Shown piece by piece: positions 29,986 through 39,524 of a stretch of 64,000 nt of DNA; position 1 is the stretch's first letter, and each line of letters opens with the position of its first letter. The notes beneath the pieces are model-generated. The model was given only the letters and a program-made list of their open reading frames with translations. It was not told the DNA's origin and did no database searches. Position numbers and translations under genes: made by a program. Where the stretch lies: positions 2,240,001-2,304,000 of the forward strand of contig OZ253555.1 in the NCBI GenBank assembly GCA_965262725.1, written 5' to 3'. Source of the DNA: Dehalococcoidia bacterium. Lineage in GTDB: Bacteria > Chloroflexota > Dehalococcoidia > UBA2979.

Positions 29986-30867
29986 TCAGTCCCCGAGCAG
30001 CAGCGCCAGCGACTCGTCGTCGACCGAGGCCGCCATAAGCTCGCCGATGCGTTCGATCTTCGCCTCGCCCGCGAACGGCGCGCTGCCGAAGGTCCCCTCG
30101 ACGTCCCGGACGGTCTCGACGGTGCCCTCTGGGGCGAGCAGGAGCGTCGTGTCGCGCCCCGCGGCGGCGCGGTCGAGCAGGTAGGGGCTCGGCTCGGCGC
30201 CGCCGGAGAGCATGAGGCAGCTCACGCCGGTGCGGAGCGCGCCGAGCGCGATGTCGACCTTCTCGGCGCGCGTGATGACCGCCGTCCGCGGGCGCCGCTC
30301 GAAATAGGACACGTCGGTCGCGTCGTGGGAGATGGCGCCGACGAGAATGTGCTCGATGATCGCGGCATCGCCCTCGCGCGAGCGCGCCAGCACCCGGGCG
30401 CCGCTGGCCTCGATCAGGTACCCGACGGTGGGGGCGGCGAGAAGCCGGTCCTCGGGCACCCGCAGAGGCCCGGAGGCGCCGGGGAGGGCGCCCCTGCTCC
30501 GCGTTCGAACGAGCTCGCCTCCGGCCGGCGGATCCGCCTCGGCACCGTCCGGCGCGACGAGCAGCGCGCGCGCGCCGAGCCGGGCGGCGAGCTCGCCCAG
30601 GGCCGCGCCGGGGGGCGTCTCAACGACCAGGACGCCGCCCTTCTCGGGGGGCAGGGCGGCGAGCGCCTCGGGCGCGATCGGCGCGCCGCTGCCGTCGGCG
30701 AACTCGAGCGACGCGAAGAGCTCCGCGTCGGCACCCGCGCGCGGGTCGCCGGTCAGACGCTCCACACGAACCGAGCGGCCGGTCCGGGCGATGCGGCTCG
30801 CGAGGCCGACCGCGACGGTGCTTGCCCCCGCGCCGATGCCGACGCCCCCCACGAGCAGGATCGCCAT
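29986..30867 (-). CDS. DRTGG-domain protein (Pta N-terminal/BioD-like, no catalytic Pta domain)
   Basis: Degenerate P-loop GVGIGAGAST, PEDRLLAAPTV, AVITRAEKVDIALGAL. Confidence 0.7.
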   Translation of the reverse strand: MAILLVGGVGIGAGASTVAVGLASRIARTGRSVRVERLTGDPRAGADAELFASLEFADGSGAPIAPEALAALPPEKGGVLVVETPPGAALGELAARLGARALLVAPDGAEADPPAGGELVRTRSRGALPGASGPLRVPEDRLLAAPTVGYLIEASGARVLARSREGDAAIIEHILVGAISHDATDVSYFERRPRTAVITRAEKVDIALGALRTGVSCLMLSGGAEPSPYLLDRAAAGRDTTLLLAPEGTVETVRDVEGTFGSAPFAGEAKIERIGELMAASVDDESLALLLGD

Positions 30868-31012
30868 CGCTCCTCCGAATCGGCTGCGGCCGCAGCGAGC
30901 CGTCCCGCCTGGAGCGGTCTCATCGGCCCGCCTCCGCGCCGGGGCCGAGTCTGACGAGGGCCGCCGCCGGTCGCAACCGCGTCCACCCGTTGCGGCGTGC
31001 GAGCGCCCGTGC

Positions 31013-31399
31013 TCAGCGCCCGGCGACGTTCCCTGCACCGGCCGGAACCCGGCGCGTGAAGAACTTGATCCGGTAACCGTCGGGCGCCGCGAGAGTCAGC
31101 GAGTGGGCCCAGGGCTCCTCGGCGACTGGCGGTAGCCCGGCGAGGCGGCCGGAGAGCTCCGCCCGGAGCGCGTGCACATCCGGCACCTCCATCGCCGCGC
31201 GCGTGCGCTCGTCGTCGGCCTCGGCCGCCGGGTCGTCGATGATCTCGATGCCCCAGTCACGCGTGCCGAAGCACACCCCGCGCCGCCCCTCCCCCGCGTA
31301 CTCGACGAAGACCGGCCAGCCGAGCACCTCGCCGTAGTAGCGGTAGCACTCGTCGAACCGGGACGTGCGGATCACGGTCCGCGTGCAGATCACATCCAT
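31013..31399 (-). CDS. VOC/glyoxalase family protein
   Basis: FDECYRYYGEVLGW, EVPDV, EPWAHS...APDGYRIKF. Confidence 0.85.
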   Translation of the reverse strand: MDVICTRTVIRTSRFDECYRYYGEVLGWPVFVEYAGEGRRGVCFGTRDWGIEIIDDPAAEADDERTRAAMEVPDVHALRAELSGRLAGLPPVAEEPWAHSLTLAAPDGYRIKFFTRRVPAGAGNVAGR

Positions 31400-31420
31400 C
31401 GAAAACCTCCGTGTCCCGTC

Positions 31421-32242
31421 CTAGGCCTCCGTGCCGTCGCCGCGCATGAAGTCAAGCACGGCCGCGACCCACGCGTCGGGTTGCTCGTCGACGATGTCGT
31501 GCGTGCCGCCCTCCAGCTCGACGTAGGGCAGATCCGGGCGAGCCTCGCGGGCGCGCTGGGTCGCGCGGTAGAGATCCTCCCCCGTGTTGGTCAGCAGCAG
31601 TGTGGGCACGGCGAGGTCACGCAGCGCTGCCTCGAGGTCGTACGTGAAGACCGGGATGTAGCCGTACCACTCCGTCTCGCGCACCTGCAGCATCTCGATC
31701 ACGCATCGCGTCATCGCACGCAGGTCGGTGTAGCCGGTCGTCACGCGGAGCCGGCGCTCCCACGGCTCCAGCAGGTGGCTGCCGTCCTCCCGGATCTCGG
31801 GCGCGCGCTCCGGGAGCCGCGCCAGGTAGCGAGCGCGCTGGTCGGCGCGGAAGAACGGGACGCCGTTGAGGATGAGCCGGGAGACGCGCTCGGGGTGGGA
31901 GCGGCCGAGCTCCGAGGCGGTCACGGCGCCGGTATGGTGCCCCAGCACCGTGGCACGCGGGACGTCGAGCGCGTCGAGGAGCGCGAGCGCCGCCCCGGCG
32001 TACCCCTCGGCGGTCGGCCGGCCGGGCAGCGGGTCCGACATCCCGTAGCCGGGCGTGTCGGGGGCCAGCACGCGGACACCCGCCGCCGCGAGCCGGGGGT
32101 AGGCCGCCTCCCACTGGAGCCCGGAGCTCGGCGTCTGGTGCAGGAGCAGGAGCGGCTCCCCGGCGCCCCCCTCGCGGTAGTGCAGCTGGCCGGCGTCGAG
32201 ATCGATGTAACCCCGCCGCGGTCCCCGCATCGTCGTCGTCAT
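31421..32242 (-). CDS. Alpha/beta hydrolase fold protein (GHHTG elbow)
   Basis: LLLLHQTP, PDTPGYGMSD, LGHHTGA, GGTHD. Confidence 0.9.
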   Translation of the reverse strand: MTTTMRGPRRGYIDLDAGQLHYREGGAGEPLLLLHQTPSSGLQWEAAYPRLAAAGVRVLAPDTPGYGMSDPLPGRPTAEGYAGAALALLDALDVPRATVLGHHTGAVTASELGRSHPERVSRLILNGVPFFRADQRARYLARLPERAPEIREDGSHLLEPWERRLRVTTGYTDLRAMTRCVIEMLQVRETEWYGYIPVFTYDLEAALRDLAVPTLLLTNTGEDLYRATQRAREARPDLPYVELEGGTHDIVDEQPDAWVAAVLDFMRGDGTEA

Positions 32243-32376
32243 TGCGCCTCCGGTCGCTCCTCGGGTGCCGGCGCATCGTAGCGCGTGCGCCAGCCGGGCG
32301 GACGCCGGCTCTGGACGTGGGCGGGCGGTTCGGGCATGGTGCCGGCGGCGCGGACGCGTCGGCCTCGGGGGCAGTA

Positions 32377-33471
32377 GTGCGCTTCAGTACGTTCCACCAG
32401 CCGCTCGCCCCGACCAGCGGCGACGACCGCCGTGTGATAGGCGAGCAGATCGAGCAGGTCGTCGTGGCCGAGGAGCTCGGCTTCCGGACGGCGTGGCTGA
32501 CCGAGCACCTCTTCAACGCCACCTGCGCCTACGGCGACCCCACGCTCATCGCGGCCGCGCTCTCCCAGCGGACGACACGCATCCGCATCGGCTTCGCCGT
32601 ACTCCAGATGGCGATGACGCATCCCTCGCGGCTCGTGATCCAGGCCGGGGTTCTCGACAACCTGCTCGACGGGCGTCTCACCATCGGGCTCGGCCGCGGC
32701 TCCGCCTTCAACCCGGGCGAATACGCGGCATTCGGGCGCTCGCCGGACGAGGAGCGCGACCGACGGCGGATGTTCGAAGCGATCGAGCTGATGGAGCGCG
32801 CGTGGGCCGGAGAGGGCGAGTTCGCTGGCGAGCACTTTCGGGTGACCATCTCGGAGGTCCACCCTGTGCCCGTCCAACGGCCGCACCCGCCGATCGTGCT
32901 CTCGGTGCTCTCGGATGAGACGCTCGGTTGGGCAGCGCGGCACGGGCACTCGGTGCTGATGCCGCGCCTGGAGATCGGGCGCGCCGTCAACCGCCTCGCG
33001 TTCTTCCGGGAGGCACTGCGCGAGGCGGGGCACGATGGCGAGACCATCGAGCGACTGGTCGACGGTTGCGCCATGACCAGGACGATCTACGTCGCGGAGA
33101 GCGACGCCGAAGCGCGGGCGGAACTCGAGGCGGCCGAGACACGCCATCGGCACGGCCGCGCGCCGGACGTCGACGGGCAGGCGCCAACGAGCCCCGATCC
33201 GAGGCTCTGGCAGGCGGAGCCGGCGGCGTCGTCCCCGCCCTCGCCCGATGGCGCCGCCGCCCTCCTCACGAAGACGATCCTGGGCCAGTCGATCGCGGGC
33301 ACTCCTGAGACCGTGCGTGCCGAGATCGAGCGGCTGCGGGCAGCCGGCGTCCCGGAGCTGATGCTCGCCTTCAGCCGGGGCGACATCCCGCACGAGAAGG
33401 TCGTGCGCTCGATGGAGCTCTTCGCCCGCGAGGTGATGCCGGCGTTCGCGGCCGATCCCGCGGCGGTGTAG
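32377..33471 (+). CDS. Luciferase-like (LLM) flavin-dependent oxidoreductase
   Basis: AEELGF...WLTEH, RTTRIRIG, LDNLLDGRLTIGLGRG, PVQRPHPP, GTPETV, SMELFAREVMP. Confidence 0.92.
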   Translation: MRFSTFHQPLAPTSGDDRRVIGEQIEQVVVAEELGFRTAWLTEHLFNATCAYGDPTLIAAALSQRTTRIRIGFAVLQMAMTHPSRLVIQAGVLDNLLDGRLTIGLGRGSAFNPGEYAAFGRSPDEERDRRRMFEAIELMERAWAGEGEFAGEHFRVTISEVHPVPVQRPHPPIVLSVLSDETLGWAARHGHSVLMPRLEIGRAVNRLAFFREALREAGHDGETIERLVDGCAMTRTIYVAESDAEARAELEAAETRHRHGRAPDVDGQAPTSPDPRLWQAEPAASSPPSPDGAAALLTKTILGQSIAGTPETVRAEIERLRAAGVPELMLAFSRGDIPHEKVVRSMELFAREVMPAFAADPAAV

Positions 33472-33530
33472 GAGCGAGCGGGGATGCACACGGGGTAGCC
33501 GGGCTGTCGCGTTCACCGAGGGAGACGATC

Positions 33531-34313
33531 ATGCCTCGAGGTTATGTCACCGGCCGCTGGGGCCAGGTGCACTACCGTGCCGCCGGCGAGCGCGGGCCGG
33601 CGGTGCTGCTGGTCCACGAGTCGCCCCTCTCCTCCGAGGAGTACGTCCGGGCGCTGCCGGAGCTCGGCCGCTCCGTGCGCGCGGTCGCCTTCGACACGCC
33701 GGGGTACGGGCAGTCGGACCCGCCCCCCGCGCCACAGGAGATACCCGACTACGCGGCCGCGCTCCTCGAGGCGGCCGACGAGCTGGGCCTCGAAGAGTTC
33801 GCGGTGGTGGGTACGCACACGGGAGCCTCGATCGCCGTCCAGATCGCGGTTCAGGCCGCGCCCGGGCGCGTCACGCACGCTGTGCTCTCCGGCATCCCGC
33901 TGATGAGGCCGGAGACGCGCGCCTCCCTGCTCGCCACGTGGGCCCCGGAGACGCCGCCCCAGGCCGACGGGTCACACTTCGCCGAGGTGTGGGGGCGTTA
34001 CGCGGCGCAGGGCGACCCGCCGCCCGACTTCATTACGACGCTCGCCTGCTCGCTGTTCTCGGTCTGGGACCGCTACAACTGGGCGTACAACGCGGCGTTC
34101 CGCTACGACCCCGCGCCCGACCTGCCGTCGCTGGCCTGCCCGACCCTCTTTCTCACGGCCGCGTCCGACCTGCTGCTGCGCGCCGACGAGCGCGCGCTCC
34201 GGGCCGTTCCGGACGGACGGATGGAGGTCGTCGAGGGGCGCTCGCACCCGCTTCCGTGGTGCGTGCCGGAGCGCTTCGCCCGTGAGATCGCGGACTTCGT
34301 CGGCGCGGGCTAG
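33531..34313 (+). CDS. Alpha/beta hydrolase fold protein (GTHTG elbow)
   Basis: GQVHYR, LLVHESP, FDTPGYGQSD, VGTHTGA, GRSHP. Confidence 0.9.
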   Translation: MPRGYVTGRWGQVHYRAAGERGPAVLLVHESPLSSEEYVRALPELGRSVRAVAFDTPGYGQSDPPPAPQEIPDYAAALLEAADELGLEEFAVVGTHTGASIAVQIAVQAAPGRVTHAVLSGIPLMRPETRASLLATWAPETPPQADGSHFAEVWGRYAAQGDPPPDFITTLACSLFSVWDRYNWAYNAAFRYDPAPDLPSLACPTLFLTAASDLLLRADERALRAVPDGRMEVVEGRSHPLPWCVPERFAREIADFVGAG

Positions 34314-35425
34314 ATTGCCCCGTCCCGCCGCGCCGGCACCGCGGCCGCGGGCGCGGGCCCGTCGAGCTGCGGCATGACCTCGGCCGCGAAGTGGCGCATC
34401 GACTCGAGAACGCGCTCATGAGGGAGGTCGCCCCAGCTGAACGCGAGCATGACGCGTCGCACGCCCGCCTCCGCGAGTTCTTCCAGCCTCGCCCGAGCCA
34501 TCTCGGGCGTGCCGATGATGTGGGTCCGCTGGATCACGCGCGAGAAGTCCTCGGCGCCCTCGACCGCCTGGGGCGCCGCGGCCGGCGCCCTCCATGCATC
34601 CATCGGGATCGCGAGCGAGGTCGTATTCAGGGCCCGGGAGTGCGCACGCGCCGCGTTGGCGCGCTCGGTCGCCGCAGCAGCGGTCGCGCGCGCCTGCTGC
34701 TCGCTGTCGGCGAGGTGAATGGAGCGCGAGATCGCGCAGTCGTCGAGCACCCGCTCGATCGTCGCCTCGTCGTGGCCGGCCTCCTCCATTGCGCGCGCGA
34801 AGAACGCCAGCCGCTCGCGGGCGCGACCCACCTCCAGGCGCGGGAGAAGGATCGCGTATCCACGCGCCGCAGCCCACAGCAGCGTGTCGTCGGAGAGGGA
34901 GGACAGCGCGATCGGCGGGTGAGGCCGCTGGATCGGCGCGGGCCGAACACCATGGACCTGCACCTGGAAATGCTCGCCCTCGAAGGGGCTGTGGTCGCCG
35001 GCCCACGCGCGCTCCATCAGCTCGATGGCCTCAAACATGCGCTCGCGCTGGCCCTCCGTGTCCGCGCCGAACCCCGCGTACTCGAACTGGTTGAATGCGG
35101 AGCCGCGGCCGATCCCGATGGTGAGACGCCCGTTGAGCAGGTTGTCGAGCGCGGACGTCTGGATCAGAACGCGCGTCGGATGGTGCAGGGCCATCTGCAG
35201 CACCGCGAAACCAATCCGGATGCGCGTCGTGCGCTGCGAAAGCGCTGCGCCGAAGATCAGCGGGTCGGCGAAGGCGGACTCACCCGTGAAGTTGTGCTCG
35301 GTCAGCCACGCCGTCCCGAACCCGAGGCGCTCCGCTTCCACGATCTGGTCGATCTGCTCGGTCATCACGCGGTGGTCGTCGTCCGCCGACGGCGAGTACG
35401 GTAGGTGGAATGTATCGAACAGCAT
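34310..35425 (-). CDS. Luciferase-like (LLM) flavin-dependent oxidoreductase
   Basis: Close paralog of 32377-33471: WLTEHNF, AALSQRTTRIRIGFAV, GRGSAFN, PIQRPHPP. Confidence 0.92.
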   Translation of the reverse strand: MLFDTFHLPYSPSADDDHRVMTEQIDQIVEAERLGFGTAWLTEHNFTGESAFADPLIFGAALSQRTTRIRIGFAVLQMALHHPTRVLIQTSALDNLLNGRLTIGIGRGSAFNQFEYAGFGADTEGQRERMFEAIELMERAWAGDHSPFEGEHFQVQVHGVRPAPIQRPHPPIALSSLSDDTLLWAAARGYAILLPRLEVGRARERLAFFARAMEEAGHDEATIERVLDDCAISRSIHLADSEQQARATAAAATERANAARAHSRALNTTSLAIPMDAWRAPAAAPQAVEGAEDFSRVIQRTHIIGTPEMARARLEELAEAGVRRVMLAFSWGDLPHERVLESMRHFAAEVMPQLDGPAPAAAVPARRDGAI

Positions 35426-35669
35426 GGCGGCTCCCGTCGTGGTGCCAGGGCGACCGCCCCGGCTCGTTCGCCTCGCCGGTGCTGCGGGGCGCGCGGCGCT
35501 GGCCGCGCCGCTTGGCCGCGACCGCCGCGAGACTACGATCGTCACGCCGCACGGCGCCAGCGGGCCCGGGAGATGCTCCGGCGATGATGGTGGGTCGTGA
35601 GGCTCCCCCGCGGTCCGACCGGCGGGCTCGCGGACCTCGGGGGACCCGTCCATCCGCGGAGCCCGCCGC

Positions 35670-36872
35670 GTGAGCGGGGAGGACGGCCGGGAGGCCGGGC
35701 CGCACCCGGGGCCGCTCGCGGGGCTCCGCATCCTCGAGCTGGGGGGCGGGCAGCCGGGCGCCTACGCGGGCTGGGTGCTGGCCGGGCTCGGGGCCGAGGT
35801 GGTCGTGCTCACGCTTCGCGACGGGCACGACCGCGCGGCCGGTGCAACCCCGGCTGGCCCGGACGACGTCGCGCTCCACGCCGGCAAACGCCGCCTTCTG
35901 CTCGATGCGTCCCGGCCCGGCGGGCGCGAGGTTGCCCTGCGAGTGGCGGCCCGCTCGGACGCGATCGTCAACAGTCTCTCACCGCGCATCGCCGAGGAAC
36001 TCGGTCTCAGCGTCGACTCGGTGCGCGCGGCCAGCCCGGGAATCGTCTACGCGCAGGCCACGGCGGCCGGTGCGATCGGTGGCGACCCGAACGAGCCTCT
36101 CGCCGACATCGTGGGCCAGGCGGCGGGCGGATTGATGTGGAAGACGGGCCTGGCTGGAAGCCCGCCCACGGCGGCCGGCGCCGCGCTCGGGGACCACGGC
36201 GCCGGTGCCTATCTCCTCGCGGCGACGCTCGGCGGGCTGGCGCAGGCGGCGCTCACCGGACGCGGTGCGCGCGTCGACGTCTCGCTCGTGGGCTCCCAGA
36301 TCGCCCTCCAGTCGTGGGAGATCGCCGCTGAGTCCGTGTTCGGACGCGACAGCGGTCGCGCGGGCCTGGGGCACCCCGAGGTGTCGCCGGGCGCGATCTG
36401 GGGCACCTTCGAGGCGCGCGACGGGTGGATCGTCCTCGGCTCGGTCGACGCCGCTCGCTTCGAGCGACTGAGCGCGCTGATGGATCTCCCGGATCTCTTC
36501 GCGCTCTACCCGGATGACGCGCGACGCTCGGCCGGCATCCCCGACATCGTCGCGCGCCTGCGCACGCGCTTCCCCGATCACGACTGCTCCCACTGGCTCG
36601 GCCTCTTCGCCGAGCACGACATCATGGGCGCGCGCGTGAGCGGCTACGACGACGTGGTCGCGGACGAGCAGGCATGGGCGAACGGCTACCTGCGCACGCT
36701 TGCCGATCCCGCCGGCGCCGCCGTCGCCGGCGCCCCGATCGAGTTCGACGGCGGCGGCGCGTTCGCGGTGCGTAGGCCGCTCGGCGATGAGCACGAGCCC
36801 GGGTCCCTCCTTGAGGAACTCGGATACGGTCCGGATGAGGTCGCGGCGCTGCGCGCGTCCGGCGTGCTCTGA
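35670..36872 (+). CDS. Family III (CaiB/BaiF) CoA-transferase, pair 1 upstream subunit
   Basis: PLAGLRILE, GKRR, QAAGGLM..TG, ALGDHGAG, DVSL, FEARDGWI, ANGY. Confidence 0.88.
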   Translation: MSGEDGREAGPHPGPLAGLRILELGGGQPGAYAGWVLAGLGAEVVVLTLRDGHDRAAGATPAGPDDVALHAGKRRLLLDASRPGGREVALRVAARSDAIVNSLSPRIAEELGLSVDSVRAASPGIVYAQATAAGAIGGDPNEPLADIVGQAAGGLMWKTGLAGSPPTAAGAALGDHGAGAYLLAATLGGLAQAALTGRGARVDVSLVGSQIALQSWEIAAESVFGRDSGRAGLGHPEVSPGAIWGTFEARDGWIVLGSVDAARFERLSALMDLPDLFALYPDDARRSAGIPDIVARLRTRFPDHDCSHWLGLFAEHDIMGARVSGYDDVVADEQAWANGYLRTLADPAGAAVAGAPIEFDGGGAFAVRRPLGDEHEPGSLLEELGYGPDEVAALRASGVL

Positions 36873-36882
36873 GGAGGAATAC

Positions 36883-38058
36883 GTGACCCGACCGCTCTCC
36901 GGCGTGCGCATCGTGGACTTCACCCTCTACCAGCAGGGCCCGTATGCGACCGTGATGCTCGCCGACATGGGCGCCGACGTGATCAAGGTCGAGCGGCGCG
37001 AGGGCGAGCGCACGCGCGCCTACCAGGACGAGCGCGCGCGCGCCCATCAGAAATGGACCGGCGTCGCCTTCTACATCAACAATCGCCGCAAGAGGAGCAT
37101 CGCGCTCGACGCGCGCACCCCCGGAGGTCGCGCGATCGTGCTGCGGCTCGCGGCGAGCGCGCACGCCCTCGTCCACAACTTTCGCCCGGGCGTCATGGAG
37201 CGGCTCGGCCTGGGCTACGAGGACCTGCGCGAGGCGAATCCGGCGATCGTCCACGCCCGTGCCTCGGGCTGGGGTCCGCGCGGTCCGCGGGCACGCCAGG
37301 CCAGCGTCGATCTCATCGCGCAGGCTGCGGGCGGGCTGATGTCTCGCACCGGCTTTCCGGGGGATCCGCCGCTTCCTCTCGGGGCGGCGGTCGCGGACCA
37401 GCTGGGGGCGATCCATCTCTGTGCCGGCATCCTCGCCGGTATCGTCCGCGCGTCGCGAGTCGGCGAGGGGAGCGAGGTCGACGTCTCCCTGTTCGGGAGC
37501 CAGATCGCCGCGCAGGGCCCGGAGCTCGCCGCACATGCGATGGGAGAACCGCCGCCCTCGCGCGGGGGGGCGGGCGAGGGGCTTCGGCGGCCGGATCACG
37601 CGGTGTCGGGCGTCTTCGCCACGTCGGACGGCTGGATCGCGCTGGCGGCGACCGAGGCGGCGCTCCCCCGCCTGCACGCGGCGCTCGAAGCGACCACGCC
37701 CGCAGGCGCACGGGCGGAGGAGGTCGACGCGGCCGTGCGCCTGCGGCTGGGGCACGGAACGACGGCCGCGTGGCTGGAGCAACTCTCCGCCCTGGACGGA
37801 GTCGCCGTCGGCCCCGTCCGGCGTTATGCGGAGATCCTCGACGACCCGCGCGCTCGCGCCAACGGCTACATCGTCGACCTGGACCACCCCGTGTGGGGAC
37901 GCCGAGCCGTCGCCGGCTCGCCGATCGTCCTTGATGGTGCACCGCTCACAGACCCCGGACGCGTCCCCGAGGTCGGCGAGTCAACCGAACTCGTGCTCGA
38001 GGAACTCGGCTACGGCTGGGACGAGATCACGGCGCTCCGCGAGGAGGCCGTGATCTGA
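36883..38058 (+). CDS. Family III CoA-transferase, pair 1 downstream subunit
   Basis: DFTLYQQGPYA..MLADMGADVIKVE, NRRKRSI, NFRPGVMERLGLG, VADQLG. Confidence 0.93.
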   Translation: MTRPLSGVRIVDFTLYQQGPYATVMLADMGADVIKVERREGERTRAYQDERARAHQKWTGVAFYINNRRKRSIALDARTPGGRAIVLRLAASAHALVHNFRPGVMERLGLGYEDLREANPAIVHARASGWGPRGPRARQASVDLIAQAAGGLMSRTGFPGDPPLPLGAAVADQLGAIHLCAGILAGIVRASRVGEGSEVDVSLFGSQIAAQGPELAAHAMGEPPPSRGGAGEGLRRPDHAVSGVFATSDGWIALAATEAALPRLHAALEATTPAGARAEEVDAAVRLRLGHGTTAAWLEQLSALDGVAVGPVRRYAEILDDPRARANGYIVDLDHPVWGRRAVAGSPIVLDGAPLTDPGRVPEVGESTELVLEELGYGWDEITALREEAVI

Positions 38059-38158
38059 GGAAGCGGGTGGGACGGGAACCCTTCGCCGGAACGCGCCTGC
38101 GACCGGTGTAGTAGGCTCCCCCGGAGCCGCTAGACCGCGGTCGCCGAGGGGGAGACCG

Positions 38159-39367
38159 ATGGACTGGTCGGATACGCCGGAGGAGGCCACGTTCCGCGCG
38201 GACGTGCGCGCGACGATCGCGGAGCGGTTGCCCGCTGTCTACTCGGACGCGGAGGCGCGGCTGCGCCGCCGCACCGTCCGCGTCTGGCGCGAGGACTTCT
38301 TCTCGGACGACCCCGCCAGGCGGGAGAAGGCCATCGCCTGGCGCGACGCGCTCGCCGGGCTCGGCTGGACGGCTCCGGGATGGCCCCGCGAGAAGGGCGG
38401 CGCAGGGATGTCGCTAGTGCAGCGCCGCATCCTCGGGGAGGAGCTCGCCGCCGCCGACGCGCCGGGCCTCGGCGTCGCGAGCGTCGACCTGTTCGCCCAA
38501 CACGCGAGCGAGCGACACCAGCGGGAGCACATCCCGCGCATTCTCGCCGGTGAGGCGCTCTTCGCCGGGGGATACTCGGAGCCGGGCTCGGGCTCCGACC
38601 TGGCATCGCTCTCGACCCGTGCGGTGCGCGACGGCGACGACTTCATCGTCGACGGGCAGAAGATATGGAGCTCGGGCGCGCACGAGGCCGACTGGATGAT
38701 GGTGCTCGTGCGGACCGACCCGGAGGCGCCGAAGCACCGCGGCATCTCGATGCTACTGGTCGACCTGCACTCGCCGGGCGTCCAGATCATGCCGCTCCCG
38801 AACATCACGTATGGGCACAGCTTCAACGAGACCTACTTCGACGGCGTGCGCGTGCCGGCCGAGAACCTGCTCGGTGCGGAAAACGAGGGCTGGCGCGTGG
38901 CGATGTCCGGGTTCGAGGCGGAGCGCTCGACGGAGTACAACGCGGACGTCTCCCGGAGGCGGCTGCGTGAGCCCCTCGCCTTCGCGCTCAGCGAGCGTGG
39001 CCGGCGGCAGGCGCCGATGGGCTCAGCACTCCGCGACGCCGTCGCCGACCGCGCCATCGAGATCGAGGTGGGCGCGCAGTTCACGCTGCTCATCGGCTCG
39101 CTCCACGGACGCGGCGAGCCGCTTGGCTACGTACCTTCGGCGACAAAACTCCACGGATCGCACACGCTACAGCGGACCACGGAGACGACGATGCGTCTCC
39201 TCGGGCTCTACTGTCAGCTCTGGGATCCCGACGAGCCGCGCGCTCCGCTCTTCGCCGCAGTGCCCTACCACTTCCTCTACTACATCTCCGCGACGATCGG
39301 CGGCGGCACCTCCGAGATCCAGCGCAACGTGATCGCCACGCGCGGGCTGGGGCTGCCGAGGGGCTAA
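38159..39367 (+). CDS. Acyl-CoA dehydrogenase family protein
   Basis: YSEPGSGSDLASL, GQKIWSS, KHRGIS, FNETYFD, GGGTSEIQRNVIA. Confidence 0.95.
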   Translation: MDWSDTPEEATFRADVRATIAERLPAVYSDAEARLRRRTVRVWREDFFSDDPARREKAIAWRDALAGLGWTAPGWPREKGGAGMSLVQRRILGEELAAADAPGLGVASVDLFAQHASERHQREHIPRILAGEALFAGGYSEPGSGSDLASLSTRAVRDGDDFIVDGQKIWSSGAHEADWMMVLVRTDPEAPKHRGISMLLVDLHSPGVQIMPLPNITYGHSFNETYFDGVRVPAENLLGAENEGWRVAMSGFEAERSTEYNADVSRRRLREPLAFALSERGRRQAPMGSALRDAVADRAIEIEVGAQFTLLIGSLHGRGEPLGYVPSATKLHGSHTLQRTTETTMRLLGLYCQLWDPDEPRAPLFAAVPYHFLYYISATIGGGTSEIQRNVIATRGLGLPRG

Positions 39368-39524
39368 GCCACCGCGACAGGGGAGGCGGGGCGCCGCCGG
39401 GGTGAGCCCCGTGCGCGAGGCCGGGCGCAGGCCCCCGGGCTATTCTCGACATCGCTCGAGTGGGCATGTACGGTCGCAGCGTCAGCGCCCGGAGGGCGCA
39501 GCTTCCACCGACGGGGGATGGCCA

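Noticed and set aside
35565-35610. Fluoride riboswitch-like GGAGATG...GATGATG segment
   Set aside because: The pseudoknot pairing and conserved spacing could not be built, and downstream genes are not fluoride related
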